From the NCBI GenBank assembly GCA_039814715.1, contig JBCCAR010000001.1:11692-75691 (forward strand): a DNA stretch of 64,000 nt, written 5' to 3'. A model generated the notes under the pieces. It searched no databases. It was not told where the DNA came from and worked only from the letters and a program-made list of their open reading frames with translations. Both the position numbers and the translations under genes were made by a program. Positions 9,374-18,298 of the stretch are shown in pieces; the stretch's first letter is position 1, and each line of letters starts with the position of its first letter. This stretch comes from Pseudomonadota bacterium. GTDB lineage: Bacteria > Pseudomonadota > Alphaproteobacteria > Sphingomonadales > CAKZYD01.

Positions 9374-12300
9374 ATGCGGATCAATCGGACATTTACCACG
9401 GCAGGCGAAACACCATTTGCGGGCATAGAATTTCGCAAGGCCGTCAGTGAAATCCGCAATCCTAATGGGGAAACGATTTTCAAATTAGACGATATCGACG
9501 TTCCCGCGCGTTGGAGCCAAGTGGCTGTCGATATCATCGCGCAGAAATATTTCCGCAAGGCAGGCGTCGCAAAAGTGATGCGCCGGGTTGAAGAAACGAC
9601 AGTTCCAAGCTGGCTGTGGCGCTCAGTACCCGATGACGATGCTATGGCCACAATGGCAGAAGAAGAACGCTTTGGCGGCGAGACAAGCGCGAAACAGGTG
9701 TTCCACCGCCTGGCAGGCGCATGGACATATTGGGGCTGGAAAGGCAACTATTTCAGCAGCGAAGAAGATGCCCGCTCCTATTACGATGAGCTTTGCTACA
9801 TGCTTGCGCTGCAAATGTGCGCGCCCAACAGCCCGCAATGGTTTAACACAGGCCTGCACTGGGCATACGGTATCGATGGCCCAAGCCAAGGCCATTATTA
9901 TGTCGACCATGAAACCGGCGAGCTGACAAAATCAAATTCTGCCTATGAACATCCCCAGCCGCATGCCTGCTTTATTCAGTCTGTTTCTGACGACCTCGTC
10001 AATGAAGGCGGCATCATGGACCTTTGGACGCGCGAAGCACGCCTGTTCAAATATGGGTCAGGTACTGGCTCTAACTTTTCTAATATTCGCGGTGACGGCG
10101 AGCCTCTGTCAGGCGGCGGCAAATCCTCCGGCCTGATGAGTTTTTTGAAGATTGGCGACCGCGCTGCCGGTGCCATCAAGTCTGGCGGCACCACTCGCCG
10201 AGCAGCAAAGATGGTTGTTGTCGACATCGATCACCCCGACGTTGAAGCCTTCATTAACTGGAAAGTTTTGGAAGAACAGAAGGTTGCAGCTCTTGTTTCT
10301 GGCTCGAAGTTATGTGAGCAGCATCTCAACGCCGTGCTTACCGCCTGCATCAGCCAGCGCGACCTCCTTGGCGACAACGCCTACGAAGCGAAAAAGAACA
10401 AAGAGCTCAAAAAAGCCATACGCGACGCGCGCAAAGTCCTGGTGTCGGAAAATTATATCAAACGCGCCATTCAATTTGCCCAGCAAGGCTATACTAAGAT
10501 TGAGTTTGAGACCTACAATACAGATTGGGACTCAGATGCCTATCTGACCGTTGCTGGCCAGAATTCAAACAACACGGTCCGCGTGACCGATGAATTTATG
10601 CAGGCCATCTTTGATGATGGCGATTGGACGTTGTCACCGCGTGTCCGCGGCGACGAAAAAACCATAAAGGCACGTGACCTTTGGGACCAAATCGGCCTCG
10701 CTGCATGGCAGTGCGCCGACCCGGGGTTGCAGTTCCATACGACAATAAACGATTGGCACACCTGCCCAAGCGCTGGCCCAATTCGCGCGTCTAATCCGTG
10801 CTCAGAATACATGTTTCTAGACGATACCGCCTGCAATCTCGCGTCGCTGAACCTGCTCACATTCGTCGACGACGATGGGGTCTTTAACACCCAGCAGTTT
10901 GAGCATGGCGTAAGGCTTTGGACCATTGTCTTAGAAATTTCGGTGCTGATGGCGCAGTTCCCCTCCCCTCAGATTGCTGAGCTGTCCTACCGCTACCGCA
11001 CCCTTGGCTTAGGCTACGCCAATATCGGCGGGCTCTTGATGTCGTCTGGGATCAGCTATGACAGTGATGAAGGCCGCGCCATTTGCGGGGCTATCACAGC
11101 GATCCTAACTGGTACGAGCTATGCGACATCGGCTGAGATGGCGGGCGAACTGGGCACATTCCCTGGTTATGCTGAGAACGCAGACAACATGCTACGCGTC
11201 ATGCGCAATCACCGCCGCGCAGCCAAAGGTCTCGATGAAGGCTATGAAGGCCTGAACACAGACCCCGTTCCCTTGCGGCACCATCACTGCCCAGACCAGA
11301 ACTTAGTCAAAGCGGCAACACAGGCTTGGGACCGGGCTCTGGAACTGGGCGAAGATAATGGCTACCGCAACGCACAGGCCACAGTGATCGCTCCAACAGG
11401 CACCATTGGATTGGTCATGGACTGCGACACGACAGGCATTGAACCTGACTTTGCTTTGGTGAAGTTTAAAAAGCTCGCTGGTGGCGGCTATTTTAAGATC
11501 ATCAACCGCGTGGTCCCCAAAGCGCTGCAAACACTCGGCTATGACGACGCGCATATCGCCGAGATCATCGATTATGCCGTCGGCCATGGAACGCTAGTAA
11601 ACGCACCGGGCGTCAACCATGCCAGCTTGAAAGAGAAAGGCTTTACGCCGGAACTTCTAGACAGCGTTGAAAGCCAGCTAGAAAGCGCATTCGATATCAA
11701 ATTTGTATTCAATCCTTGGACACTGGGTGAAACCTTCTGCAAAGACACACTGGGCTTAACCAGTGAACAGCTGGCCAACCCTGCCTTAGATATCCTGTCG
11801 GAAGTCGGATTTTCGAAACAAGACATCGACGCAGCCAATGAATATTGCTGCGGAACCATGACGTTAGAAGGCGCGCCGCACTTGAAAGAAGAACATTTAG
11901 CCGTGTTCGACTGCGCAAACCCGTGCGGTAAAATTGGCAAACGAGCTCTCTCTTGGGAAAGTCACATCCTTATGCTTGCCGCCGCGCAGCCCTTTATTTC
12001 TGGCGCCATTTCCAAAACTATCAACATGCCCAATGATGCGACGGTTGAGGATTGCAATAAGGCCTATGAGCTGAGCTGGAAACTGGCACTCAAAGCCAAT
12101 GCGCTCTACCGCGATGGCTCTAAACTGTCTCAGCCGCTATCGGCATCCTTGCTCGATGACGAAGACTTAGAAGACATGGAAGAGGTCGCCGATGCGCCCC
12201 AGGCTGAAAAAGCTCAGGTCATTGCCGAACGGATCGTTGAGCGCATTGTTGAGAAGGAAGTTGAACGCGCGCACCGCGATAAGCTTCCACAGCGCCGTAA

Positions 12301-13069
12301 AGGCTATACCCAAAAAGCCATTGTCGGCGGCCACAAAGTCTATCTGCGGACAGGCGAGTATGAGGATGGCAGCCTGGGCGAAATTTTCATCGATATGCAT
12401 AAAGAAGGCGCTGCCTTCCGTAGCTTGATGAACAACTTTGCCATCGCCGTCTCCATCGGTCTGCAATACGGCGTTCCCGTAGAAGAGTTCGTCGACGCGT
12501 ACGTGTTCACGCGCTTTGAGCCATCTGGGATGGTTGAAGGCAACGACACCATCAAGATGGCAACATCCGTCCTGGACTACATCTTCCGCGAGATAGCGAT
12601 CAGCTATCTCGGCCGCAATGACCTGGCCCATGCGCAGCCACAAGACTTGCAAGTCGATGCCCTAGGCTCGGGAGTACGCGGCGGCGGCAAAGAGAAGATG
12701 GACGATACCGCCAGCAACGAAGCACAAGAGGCCTTGTCTAAGGTTATGAATTTAGCCTCCTCTGGCTTTACGCGCGGCACCAATCTTTTTGTTATGCAGC
12801 CCAAAACCAAAAAAACAGAAACAGTCGTGGAAGCAGAAGAAACTGAAATGCGCGCCGCGTCAGGCGGCAGTGCAACCACCACCCATGTGTCCGTCAGCAC
12901 GTCTGAAGAAACCGGCGGCGGCGATAGCGCACTTGCCGTCCAGCGCTACCAGGCACGCATAAAGGGCTATGAAGGCGATGCTTGCAGCAATTGCGGCCAA
13001 TTCACATTGGTTCGTAACGGCACATGCATGAAATGCGATAGCTGCGGAGAGACCAGTGGCTGTTCATAA
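9374..13069 (+). CDS. nrdJ: adenosylcobalamin-dependent (class II) ribonucleoside-diphosphate reductase
   Basis: 1231-aa long-form RNR with active-site [16 protein letters not shown], and a C-terminal Cys-rich tail CSNCG...[14 protein letters not shown]. Confidence 0.95.
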   Translation: MRINRTFTTAGETPFAGIEFRKAVSEIRNPNGETIFKLDDIDVPARWSQVAVDIIAQKYFRKAGVAKVMRRVEETTVPSWLWRSVPDDDAMATMAEEERFGGETSAKQVFHRLAGAWTYWGWKGNYFSSEEDARSYYDELCYMLALQMCAPNSPQWFNTGLHWAYGIDGPSQGHYYVDHETGELTKSNSAYEHPQPHACFIQSVSDDLVNEGGIMDLWTREARLFKYGSGTGSNFSNIRGDGEPLSGGGKSSGLMSFLKIGDRAAGAIKSGGTTRRAAKMVVVDIDHPDVEAFINWKVLEEQKVAALVSGSKLCEQHLNAVLTACISQRDLLGDNAYEAKKNKELKKAIRDARKVLVSENYIKRAIQFAQQGYTKIEFETYNTDWDSDAYLTVAGQNSNNTVRVTDEFMQAIFDDGDWTLSPRVRGDEKTIKARDLWDQIGLAAWQCADPGLQFHTTINDWHTCPSAGPIRASNPCSEYMFLDDTACNLASLNLLTFVDDDGVFNTQQFEHGVRLWTIVLEISVLMAQFPSPQIAELSYRYRTLGLGYANIGGLLMSSGISYDSDEGRAICGAITAILTGTSYATSAEMAGELGTFPGYAENADNMLRVMRNHRRAAKGLDEGYEGLNTDPVPLRHHHCPDQNLVKAATQAWDRALELGEDNGYRNAQATVIAPTGTIGLVMDCDTTGIEPDFALVKFKKLAGGGYFKIINRVVPKALQTLGYDDAHIAEIIDYAVGHGTLVNAPGVNHASLKEKGFTPELLDSVESQLESAFDIKFVFNPWTLGETFCKDTLGLTSEQLANPALDILSEVGFSKQDIDAANEYCCGTMTLEGAPHLKEEHLAVFDCANPCGKIGKRALSWESHILMLAAAQPFISGAISKTINMPNDATVEDCNKAYELSWKLALKANALYRDGSKLSQPLSASLLDDEDLEDMEEVADAPQAEKAQVIAERIVERIVEKEVERAHRDKLPQRRKGYTQKAIVGGHKVYLRTGEYEDGSLGEIFIDMHKEGAAFRSLMNNFAIAVSIGLQYGVPVEEFVDAYVFTRFEPSGMVEGNDTIKMATSVLDYIFREIAISYLGRNDLAHAQPQDLQVDALGSGVRGGGKEKMDDTASNEAQEALSKVMNLASSGFTRGTNLFVMQPKTKKTETVVEAEETEMRAASGGSATTTHVSVSTSEETGGGDSALAVQRYQARIKGYEGDACSNCGQFTLVRNGTCMKCDSCGETSGCS

Positions 13070-13093
13070 ATCCCTCGCCTAAAGCGGTTAAGG

Positions 13094-13134
13094 AAGGCGA
13101 ATGAGCGATTGTCTCATTCGCCTTTCTCTTTATT
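13094..13134 (+). terminator. Rho-independent terminator after nrdJ
   Basis: Perfect 12-bp stem AAGGCGAATGAG / CTCATTCGCCTT, a 7-nt loop, and a T-rich tail tctctttatt. Confidence 0.65.
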
Positions 13135-13171
13135 GTGGGGTTGGGATACTCTTTTATAGAAGGAACGCGCT

Positions 13172-13966
13172 GTGAGTGACGAAACGCCAAAGCCAGCCGA
13201 GGGTGACGCGAACCAAGCAAAGCCGGTGCCTTCAAAGTCCACTTCCGCAAAACCGTCTGCTAGCAAGGCCAGCACGGCTGCAAAACCGAAGGCAAGTGCT
13301 GCTAAGAAGCCGGCCACACGGCGCAAAACGCCAGCGAAGACCGCGGCGACCACAAGGTCCGTTCAGCGCAGCACTAAAGCCACTGCAAAAGAGCCAACGA
13401 AGTCAGCCGCTACAGGTACCCCGGGAGCCAAACCGAAACCAGCAGCGACAAAAGCAGCCAACAAAACCAAACCAGCGCCTAAAACAGAGCAGGCCCCTCT
13501 TAAGAAGGGTCCAACAAAAAAACCGGCTACGACGAAGACCCAAGCAACAAAACCTTCTCCAGCAGCAGCGCGAAAAAAACCGGCAGCCCCTAAAAAGCCA
13601 GCGCCGCAGACCAAAACTGCCGCCAAACCGGCCCCAAGTGCAGCCGCTGCGAAAACGGCAAGCGACACGGCTACCGCGCCGCAAAACGCAGACACGCCAG
13701 CAGACTATGGGCCGCTTGATGCTGCGGAAGTTATTTTCTACGCCTTTGGCACCATGTTTTTCTTACTCCTGGGTCTAGCCGCGTTAACGGGGCTGCTGGT
13801 GCTGAATTTTATTCACAACACTGTGCTTCGTCAGTCAGATGGGCTTAAAAGCCTGCGCGGTCAGCTTGAGCAGTATCTCTCCCAAATTGCTGCATATTCA
13901 GCTGACCCGGATGCGCCAGCACCATTCCCATTTTCTAAATTTCCAAGCGACTCCAGCTCGAAATAG
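13172..13966 (+). CDS. hypothetical membrane-anchored protein with a Lys/Ala/Pro/Thr-rich (histone H1/AlgP-like) N-terminal region
   Basis: About 190 aa of low-complexity polycationic sequence (AAKPKASAAKKPATRRKTPAKTAA...KKPAAPKKPAPQTKTAAKP) precede one TM helix (VIFYAFGTMFFLLLGLAALTGLLVLNFI) and a short tail. GTG start. The alternative-frame ORFs here are low-complexity artefacts. Confidence 0.6.
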   Translation: MSDETPKPAEGDANQAKPVPSKSTSAKPSASKASTAAKPKASAAKKPATRRKTPAKTAATTRSVQRSTKATAKEPTKSAATGTPGAKPKPAATKAANKTKPAPKTEQAPLKKGPTKKPATTKTQATKPSPAAARKKPAAPKKPAPQTKTAAKPAPSAAAAKTASDTATAPQNADTPADYGPLDAAEVIFYAFGTMFFLLLGLAALTGLLVLNFIHNTVLRQSDGLKSLRGQLEQYLSQIAAYSADPDAPAPFPFSKFPSDSSSK

Positions 13967-14169
13967 AGGTGCAGCTCAATCTCATCGCCATGATGAGGGC
14001 GCGTGCGATGCCCCGAAAAGCCAATATTTTGTGTGTTTGCCCTCACTTTGGTTTCTTCAACAAAGCGGCATAGTCGCTTGTTCAAGTCATTGAGCCAAGC
14101 CGCGCAGCAGCGCATTTGAATGTGCAGACAAGAACCATAGAGTTGCACCTCAAGTATTCTATACGTCAT
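13861..14169 (-). CDS. hypothetical protein (ORFan, doubtful)
   Basis: ATG 14169 overlaps the stop of the upstream ORF by 11 nt (ATGACGTATAG), which suggests translational coupling. However, the 3' 106 nt overlap the convergent 13172..13966 gene. No recognisable motif. Confidence 0.2.
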   Translation of the reverse strand: MTYRILEVQLYGSCLHIQMRCCAAWLNDLNKRLCRFVEETKVRANTQNIGFSGHRTRPHHGDEIELHLYFELESLGNLENGNGAGASGSAEYAAIWERYCSS

Positions 14170-14629
14170 TTCGAACACACCCTTCCGCGCCAGACACGCC
14201 AGTGCGTGGCTCATTCGTGAAATGCATGGCTTTAGCCTGATGCATTAAAGTAGATTCACATGGCAGCTTTTCACGCCCGCGCGGCGCAGCAGGCGTTGCT
14301 ACTGCGAGCCACATGATCAAGGCGCGGCGAACGGTATCGCGAGACCACCCATGGCGCCTACGGAACCGCCGATCGATGGCTTTGAAAGGCACTGCGTCAC
14401 ACATCACTTGATACACAGGACCACAGGCCAAAGATTGGGACTGGAGATCATGGTACCACCGCGCAAAGCGCGCCTCTACAGCACAGCGTTTGGTTAGCGA
14501 AGCCTGTGATGAAACAAGACACGCCAAGCTATCTGACAAATTCCGAAGTGCTGCCATTTCAAAAGCAGACAGCGCAGCATTTGCTCGTCGTCGGCATCCT
14601 GACTTTCTAGAAGAGTGTATGGGCGTCAT
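14159..14629 (-). CDS. hypothetical protein, Arg-rich with a possible HTH-like segment
   Basis: 156-aa ORF downstream of and co-oriented with the cro-like gene. The segment AIDRRFRRRHGWSRDTVRRALIMW looks DNA-binding-like. No family recognised. Confidence 0.4.
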   Translation of the reverse strand: MTPIHSSRKSGCRRRANAALSAFEMAALRNLSDSLACLVSSQASLTKRCAVEARFARWYHDLQSQSLACGPVYQVMCDAVPFKAIDRRFRRRHGWSRDTVRRALIMWLAVATPAAPRGREKLPCESTLMHQAKAMHFTNEPRTGVSGAEGCVRNDV

Positions 14630-14718
14630 TCTTCAAATTACTCCAGTTTCAGGCACGAGACCAAAAGCAAACGCCTAACAAGCCGCTGCCAATGCCAAAC
14701 AGATTTTTTGTTGCTTTC

Positions 14719-14919
14719 TCAGGCATTTCCTGAAAGATGATCACGTTTTGTTCCGGAAGCGATATAATCCAATATTTGAGCTTGAAGTGGCCCTTGCAAG
14801 CGCCGACCGCGGCGTAAATCAAATACCAAGCGCGGATCGTTGCAAGTCACACGGCCAAAGGTCGAAGGCGGTGTGGCGGTGTGCTGCAAGTGACATTCGA
14901 TTGTGGTTAGGATATCCAT
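14719..14919 (-). CDS. small Cro/excisionase-like DNA-binding protein (about 66 aa)
   Basis: PSTFGRVTCNDPRLVFDLRRGRR resembles the small phage-associated HTH proteins of alphaproteobacteria (xSTFGRxAVNDxxxVxxLRxGR). GGAGA Shine-Dalgarno lies 5 nt before ATG 14919. Divergent from the S24 repressor gene. Confidence 0.55.
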   Translation of the reverse strand: MDILTTIECHLQHTATPPSTFGRVTCNDPRLVFDLRRGRRLQGPLQAQILDYIASGTKRDHLSGNA

Positions 14920-15035
14920 ATATTCTCCTATGAGTTGTATTCCAAAACTCGATTTAGAGAATTGTTGTTTTTTTCCATTTTTGAAAGAGTAAATTTGTAA
15001 AATCGTGGTGGGGATACAAAAAGTGATGACAGCAA

Positions 15036-15734
15036 GTGGATAATTCGATGACAATTCCTCAGCCGCAACGCAAAAGTCCGGAGGATGTCCGCGCCGTTCT
15101 GCATGAGCTCATTCAAAACAACGGAGAAGACTATGCAGCTCTCTCTAGGTTGCTTGGGAAGAACCCGAGTTATATCCATCAGTTTATGTTTCGCGGTACG
15201 CCGCGGCGCTTGAAAGAAGAAGACCGCAGCAAGCTTGCGCAGTATTTCAGCGTGCCTGAATTTGAATTAGGCGGTCCCGTCTCTAAAGATGCTGATCGCA
15301 GCGGTAAGGCGAAAGACCAAGGCTACCTATACGTTCCTGCCTATGATATCGCAGCTTCAGCCGGACCGGGATTGATCGTAGAATCAGAAGAGCCGCGCGG
15401 CGCACTTGCATTTCGCAGGGATTGGATAAAGTCGGTTTCCAATGCACCAGCGGACCAATTGGCTGTGGTGCGCGTAGAGGGCGATTCTATGTACCCAACG
15501 CTCGCACATGGTGATCATGTATTGATTGACCGCCAGCAAACCGATGTCTCGAGAGACGGCATTTATGTGTTGCGTGTCGATGACGCCATTCAAATCAAGC
15601 GCCTCCTGGTTCACCCCGGAACCAAGCAAATCCGGATCAAAAGCGATAACCCGATTTTTGACCAATGGCCAGAATGCCCAGCTGATTCGCTCCATATCCT
15701 TGGCCGCGCTGTATGGGTTGGCCGCCGCCTATAG
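15036..15734 (+). CDS. phage CI/LexA-like repressor (N-terminal HTH plus C-terminal S24 peptidase domain)
   Basis: The S24 domain carries the catalytic Ser in VEGDSMYPTL and Lys in IQIKRL. The N-terminal region is HTH-like (YAALSRLLGKNPSYIHQFMFRG). Start is GTG 15036 or ATG 15048. Confidence 0.85.
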   Translation: MDNSMTIPQPQRKSPEDVRAVLHELIQNNGEDYAALSRLLGKNPSYIHQFMFRGTPRRLKEEDRSKLAQYFSVPEFELGGPVSKDADRSGKAKDQGYLYVPAYDIAASAGPGLIVESEEPRGALAFRRDWIKSVSNAPADQLAVVRVEGDSMYPTLAHGDHVLIDRQQTDVSRDGIYVLRVDDAIQIKRLLVHPGTKQIRIKSDNPIFDQWPECPADSLHILGRAVWVGRRL

Positions 15735-16056
15735 GAAAAAACCTATAATTTGATTACATTTTTTACGAGCATCTTTGTTTTAAACATCTGGATCGGAAGA
15801 AACCGTTGGGTTTCATAGCGGGACACTTAAAAGATCAAATGTCGAGCCCGTTAACGGTTCAGACCCGCGGCAACCGCAAGATCAAAGCGCTACTGATGGG
15901 AAGGCGCACGTTTGCCAGCTTTTATGCCAGTCCTGACCCAAGTACGTGAATTGGCACGCGCTTTGCTTCCATAAGGGCCTTAGGGCTGGCCCAAACGCAT
16001 CTCTGTGCCTTTCGTGACCAGCCGTTGTTAGAAATGTTGCGTATAAAGGTCTTTTC

Positions 16057-16293
16057 ATGCGTTTTGATCGATCCGGTTTAACCAATCAATACGACCTCAT
16101 TCAAGATCGCGAGACCTATGAATTGGCCTTTGAGCTGGTTGATAAACTTGGACCCAGCGCATTGTATGAAGCCCTCAACAAGGTCGAGTATCACGAACAG
16201 CAAGACAACGAGGTTCATGCGTATTTATGGCGGCGGGTGGAGGCTGCTGTAAACGTGCTGCTCTCTGAAGAGCCGCGCGGGGCAATCCATTAA
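16057..16293 (+). CDS. hypothetical small helical protein
   Basis: 78-aa ORF with AAAGG 9 nt upstream. No recognisable motif. Confidence 0.35.
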   Translation: MRFDRSGLTNQYDLIQDRETYELAFELVDKLGPSALYEALNKVEYHEQQDNEVHAYLWRRVEAAVNVLLSEEPRGAIH

Positions 16294-16387
16294 GGGACGC
16301 TCCGTCCAGCTTTCTTTCGCGGTCTGCCACTTTAACGCCTGACTTCAATTGCAATTAGATGGGTGACTTGCAACAAGTCTGCCTCGG

Positions 16388-18298
16388 GTGCGTTTGCATT
16401 GGGTCCATCATTGTTACTACCGGCTGGAGCGGCTCCGCTTTTTGTTTCGTTTTGCCTTTTTTCTATCTTTGCTAGCGAGTTCAGCCGCGCCGTTGCAGCC
16501 TGTCATGGCGCAAGATGGGCAGCAGCAACAAGAGACGGCAGAAGATGGAAAACGGCTAAAAGAAAAGTACGTGGTTACGCTAGAGGGCGAGGCAAGCAAG
16601 TCACTTACCTCTGCCCTACAAGCAAGCTTGCCTCTATATGTGCAAATCAAAGATCCGCCCTCTTCCCGGGCGGCACTGCGCGGCAGACTAGATGATTCTC
16701 TGGAAGCAGCCCGCAGCGTTTTAAAATCGCAAGGCTATTACGCGGGCCGAATTTTCGGACGGGCGCTGCCAGCAAGCGAACCTGGCGGGAAAGCACGGGT
16801 GTCGCTGCAACTGAATGCGGGCAAACGCTATAGCTATGGACCTATGACCCTCAATGTGATTGGGCAAACACAGGCTGACCTTCAAGATACGCTGCGCGCC
16901 ACGGCAAAGGAAATCTATCGGCAAGGCGAAGCCGCCGCCGCGGAGATTGGCCTGCGCATCGCTCCGGCCATGGCCGTCCGGCTTAAGGAACTGGGCTATC
17001 CCTTTGCTAAAGTGGAGCAGCAATCGTTCACCGTGGACCACGCGACACAGTTGGTGCGGCCCGTCATTACCTTGAATGCTGGGCAGATAGCGCGAATATC
17101 AGGCATCTCCGTGTCTGGACTGGAGACTATAGATGCGGACTATATTCAGCAGCTCGCCGATATTGACGGCTTGCCGCTCTACGACCAACGCCAGGTGGAG
17201 GGGTTTCGCGCGCGCCTTATTGCGACAGGGCTATTTTCGGGCATATCCATTCGCCCCGTGCCGGCAAGCAAGCAAATACCGGCACAACCCGGCGCTGCGG
17301 AAGCCCAAGAAGTGGCGCTCGATGTCGCGTTGACCGAAGCGGCGCTGCGCCAAGTGTCTGCGCAGGCTGGGTTTTCAACAGACCAAGGCTTCAGCGTCGA
17401 AGGCGCTTGGAGCCACCGCAATGTCTTTGGCAGAGGAGAAATTTTTACGGTCCGCGGGCGCCTTGCGCAGCTAGAACAGCTCATTGAAACAGACCTCGCT
17501 CTGCCCAATTTCAAGCGCAATGATCAAACGCTGCGCTTTACGGTGTCGGTGGGCCGCCAAGACACGGACGCATTTGACGCCTTGCTCGTTTCCACCAGCG
17601 CCATTCTTGAACGCCAACTTACAGCGCGCTGGGGCATCAGCGGCGGCGGGCGCTTGGAAGCCCAACGCATCGAAGACGACTTGGGCAAACGCACGTTCTA
17701 TCTCGGCGCCTTGCCCCTCCAAGCGCGCTATGATGGCACAGACAGCATTTTTGATCCACAAGACGGCTTTCGCCTAAATGCACAAGTCACGCCTGAAACG
17801 GGGTTCGGCGACACCAGCCTCCTCTTTATCACGAACGACATCTTGCTTCGGGGCTATAAGTCCTTCGACTGGGCAAATGGAACAGTTCTAGCTGCGCGCC
17901 TGCGCGTTGGCAGTATTGTGGGCGAGACAACACCAACCTTGCCAGCCAATCGCCGGTTTTATGCAGGCGGTGGCGGTTCAATTCGCGGTTATGGCTTTCA
18001 AAATGTGGGGCCTCTGGATGACGATGGCGATCCCTTTGGGGGAAGATCGCTACTGGAAATCGCATTCGAGGCGCGCGTGAAAGTCACACCAACGATAGGA
18101 GTCGTGCCCTTTATTGACGTTGGTAACGTTTATTCCTCTGTGCTGCCGAAAGTGTCGGGCTTGCAATATGGCGCGGGGATTGGCGTGCGCTACCATACCG
18201 ACTTCGCGCCCATCAGGTTGGATGTTGGAACACCACTTAACCCCCGTGCAGGCGATGACCGCGTGCAAGTCTATATCAGCGTAGGGCAGAGCTTCTAA
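16388..18298 (+). CDS. tamA: translocation and assembly module outer-membrane protein TamA (Omp85/BamA family)
   Basis: Signal peptide, POTRA-like region and a C-terminal Omp85 barrel (RFYAGGGGSIRGYGFQ...GAGIGVRYHTDFAPIRLDVG...F terminus). Immediately followed by tamB, which overlaps its stop codon by 1 nt (TAATG). Confidence 0.85.
   Translation: MRLHWVHHCYYRLERLRFLFRFAFFLSLLASSAAPLQPVMAQDGQQQQETAEDGKRLKEKYVVTLEGEASKSLTSALQASLPLYVQIKDPPSSRAALRGRLDDSLEAARSVLKSQGYYAGRIFGRALPASEPGGKARVSLQLNAGKRYSYGPMTLNVIGQTQADLQDTLRATAKEIYRQGEAAAAEIGLRIAPAMAVRLKELGYPFAKVEQQSFTVDHATQLVRPVITLNAGQIARISGISVSGLETIDADYIQQLADIDGLPLYDQRQVEGFRARLIATGLFSGISIRPVPASKQIPAQPGAAEAQEVALDVALTEAALRQVSAQAGFSTDQGFSVEGAWSHRNVFGRGEIFTVRGRLAQLEQLIETDLALPNFKRNDQTLRFTVSVGRQDTDAFDALLVSTSAILERQLTARWGISGGGRLEAQRIEDDLGKRTFYLGALPLQARYDGTDSIFDPQDGFRLNAQVTPETGFGDTSLLFITNDILLRGYKSFDWANGTVLAARLRVGSIVGETTPTLPANRRFYAGGGGSIRGYGFQNVGPLDDDGDPFGGRSLLEIAFEARVKVTPTIGVVPFIDVGNVYSSVLPKVSGLQYGAGIGVRYHTDFAPIRLDVGTPLNPRAGDDRVQVYISVGQSF

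Noticed and set aside
13176-13778. 200-aa plus-strand ORF, and 110-aa and 93-aa minus-strand ORFs, within the K/A/P-rich gene
   Set aside because: These are alternative-frame products of a low-complexity repeat region (Arg/Gln/Pro-rich or Gly/Phe/Ala-rich nonsense). Only the frame with a TM helix and a plausible start is kept.
15790-15880. tRNA-like fragment (..ggttcagacccgcgg..) as a possible integration-site remnant next to the repressor gene
   Set aside because: The flanking bases do not form a T-arm stem or an acceptor stem, so there is no cloverleaf.
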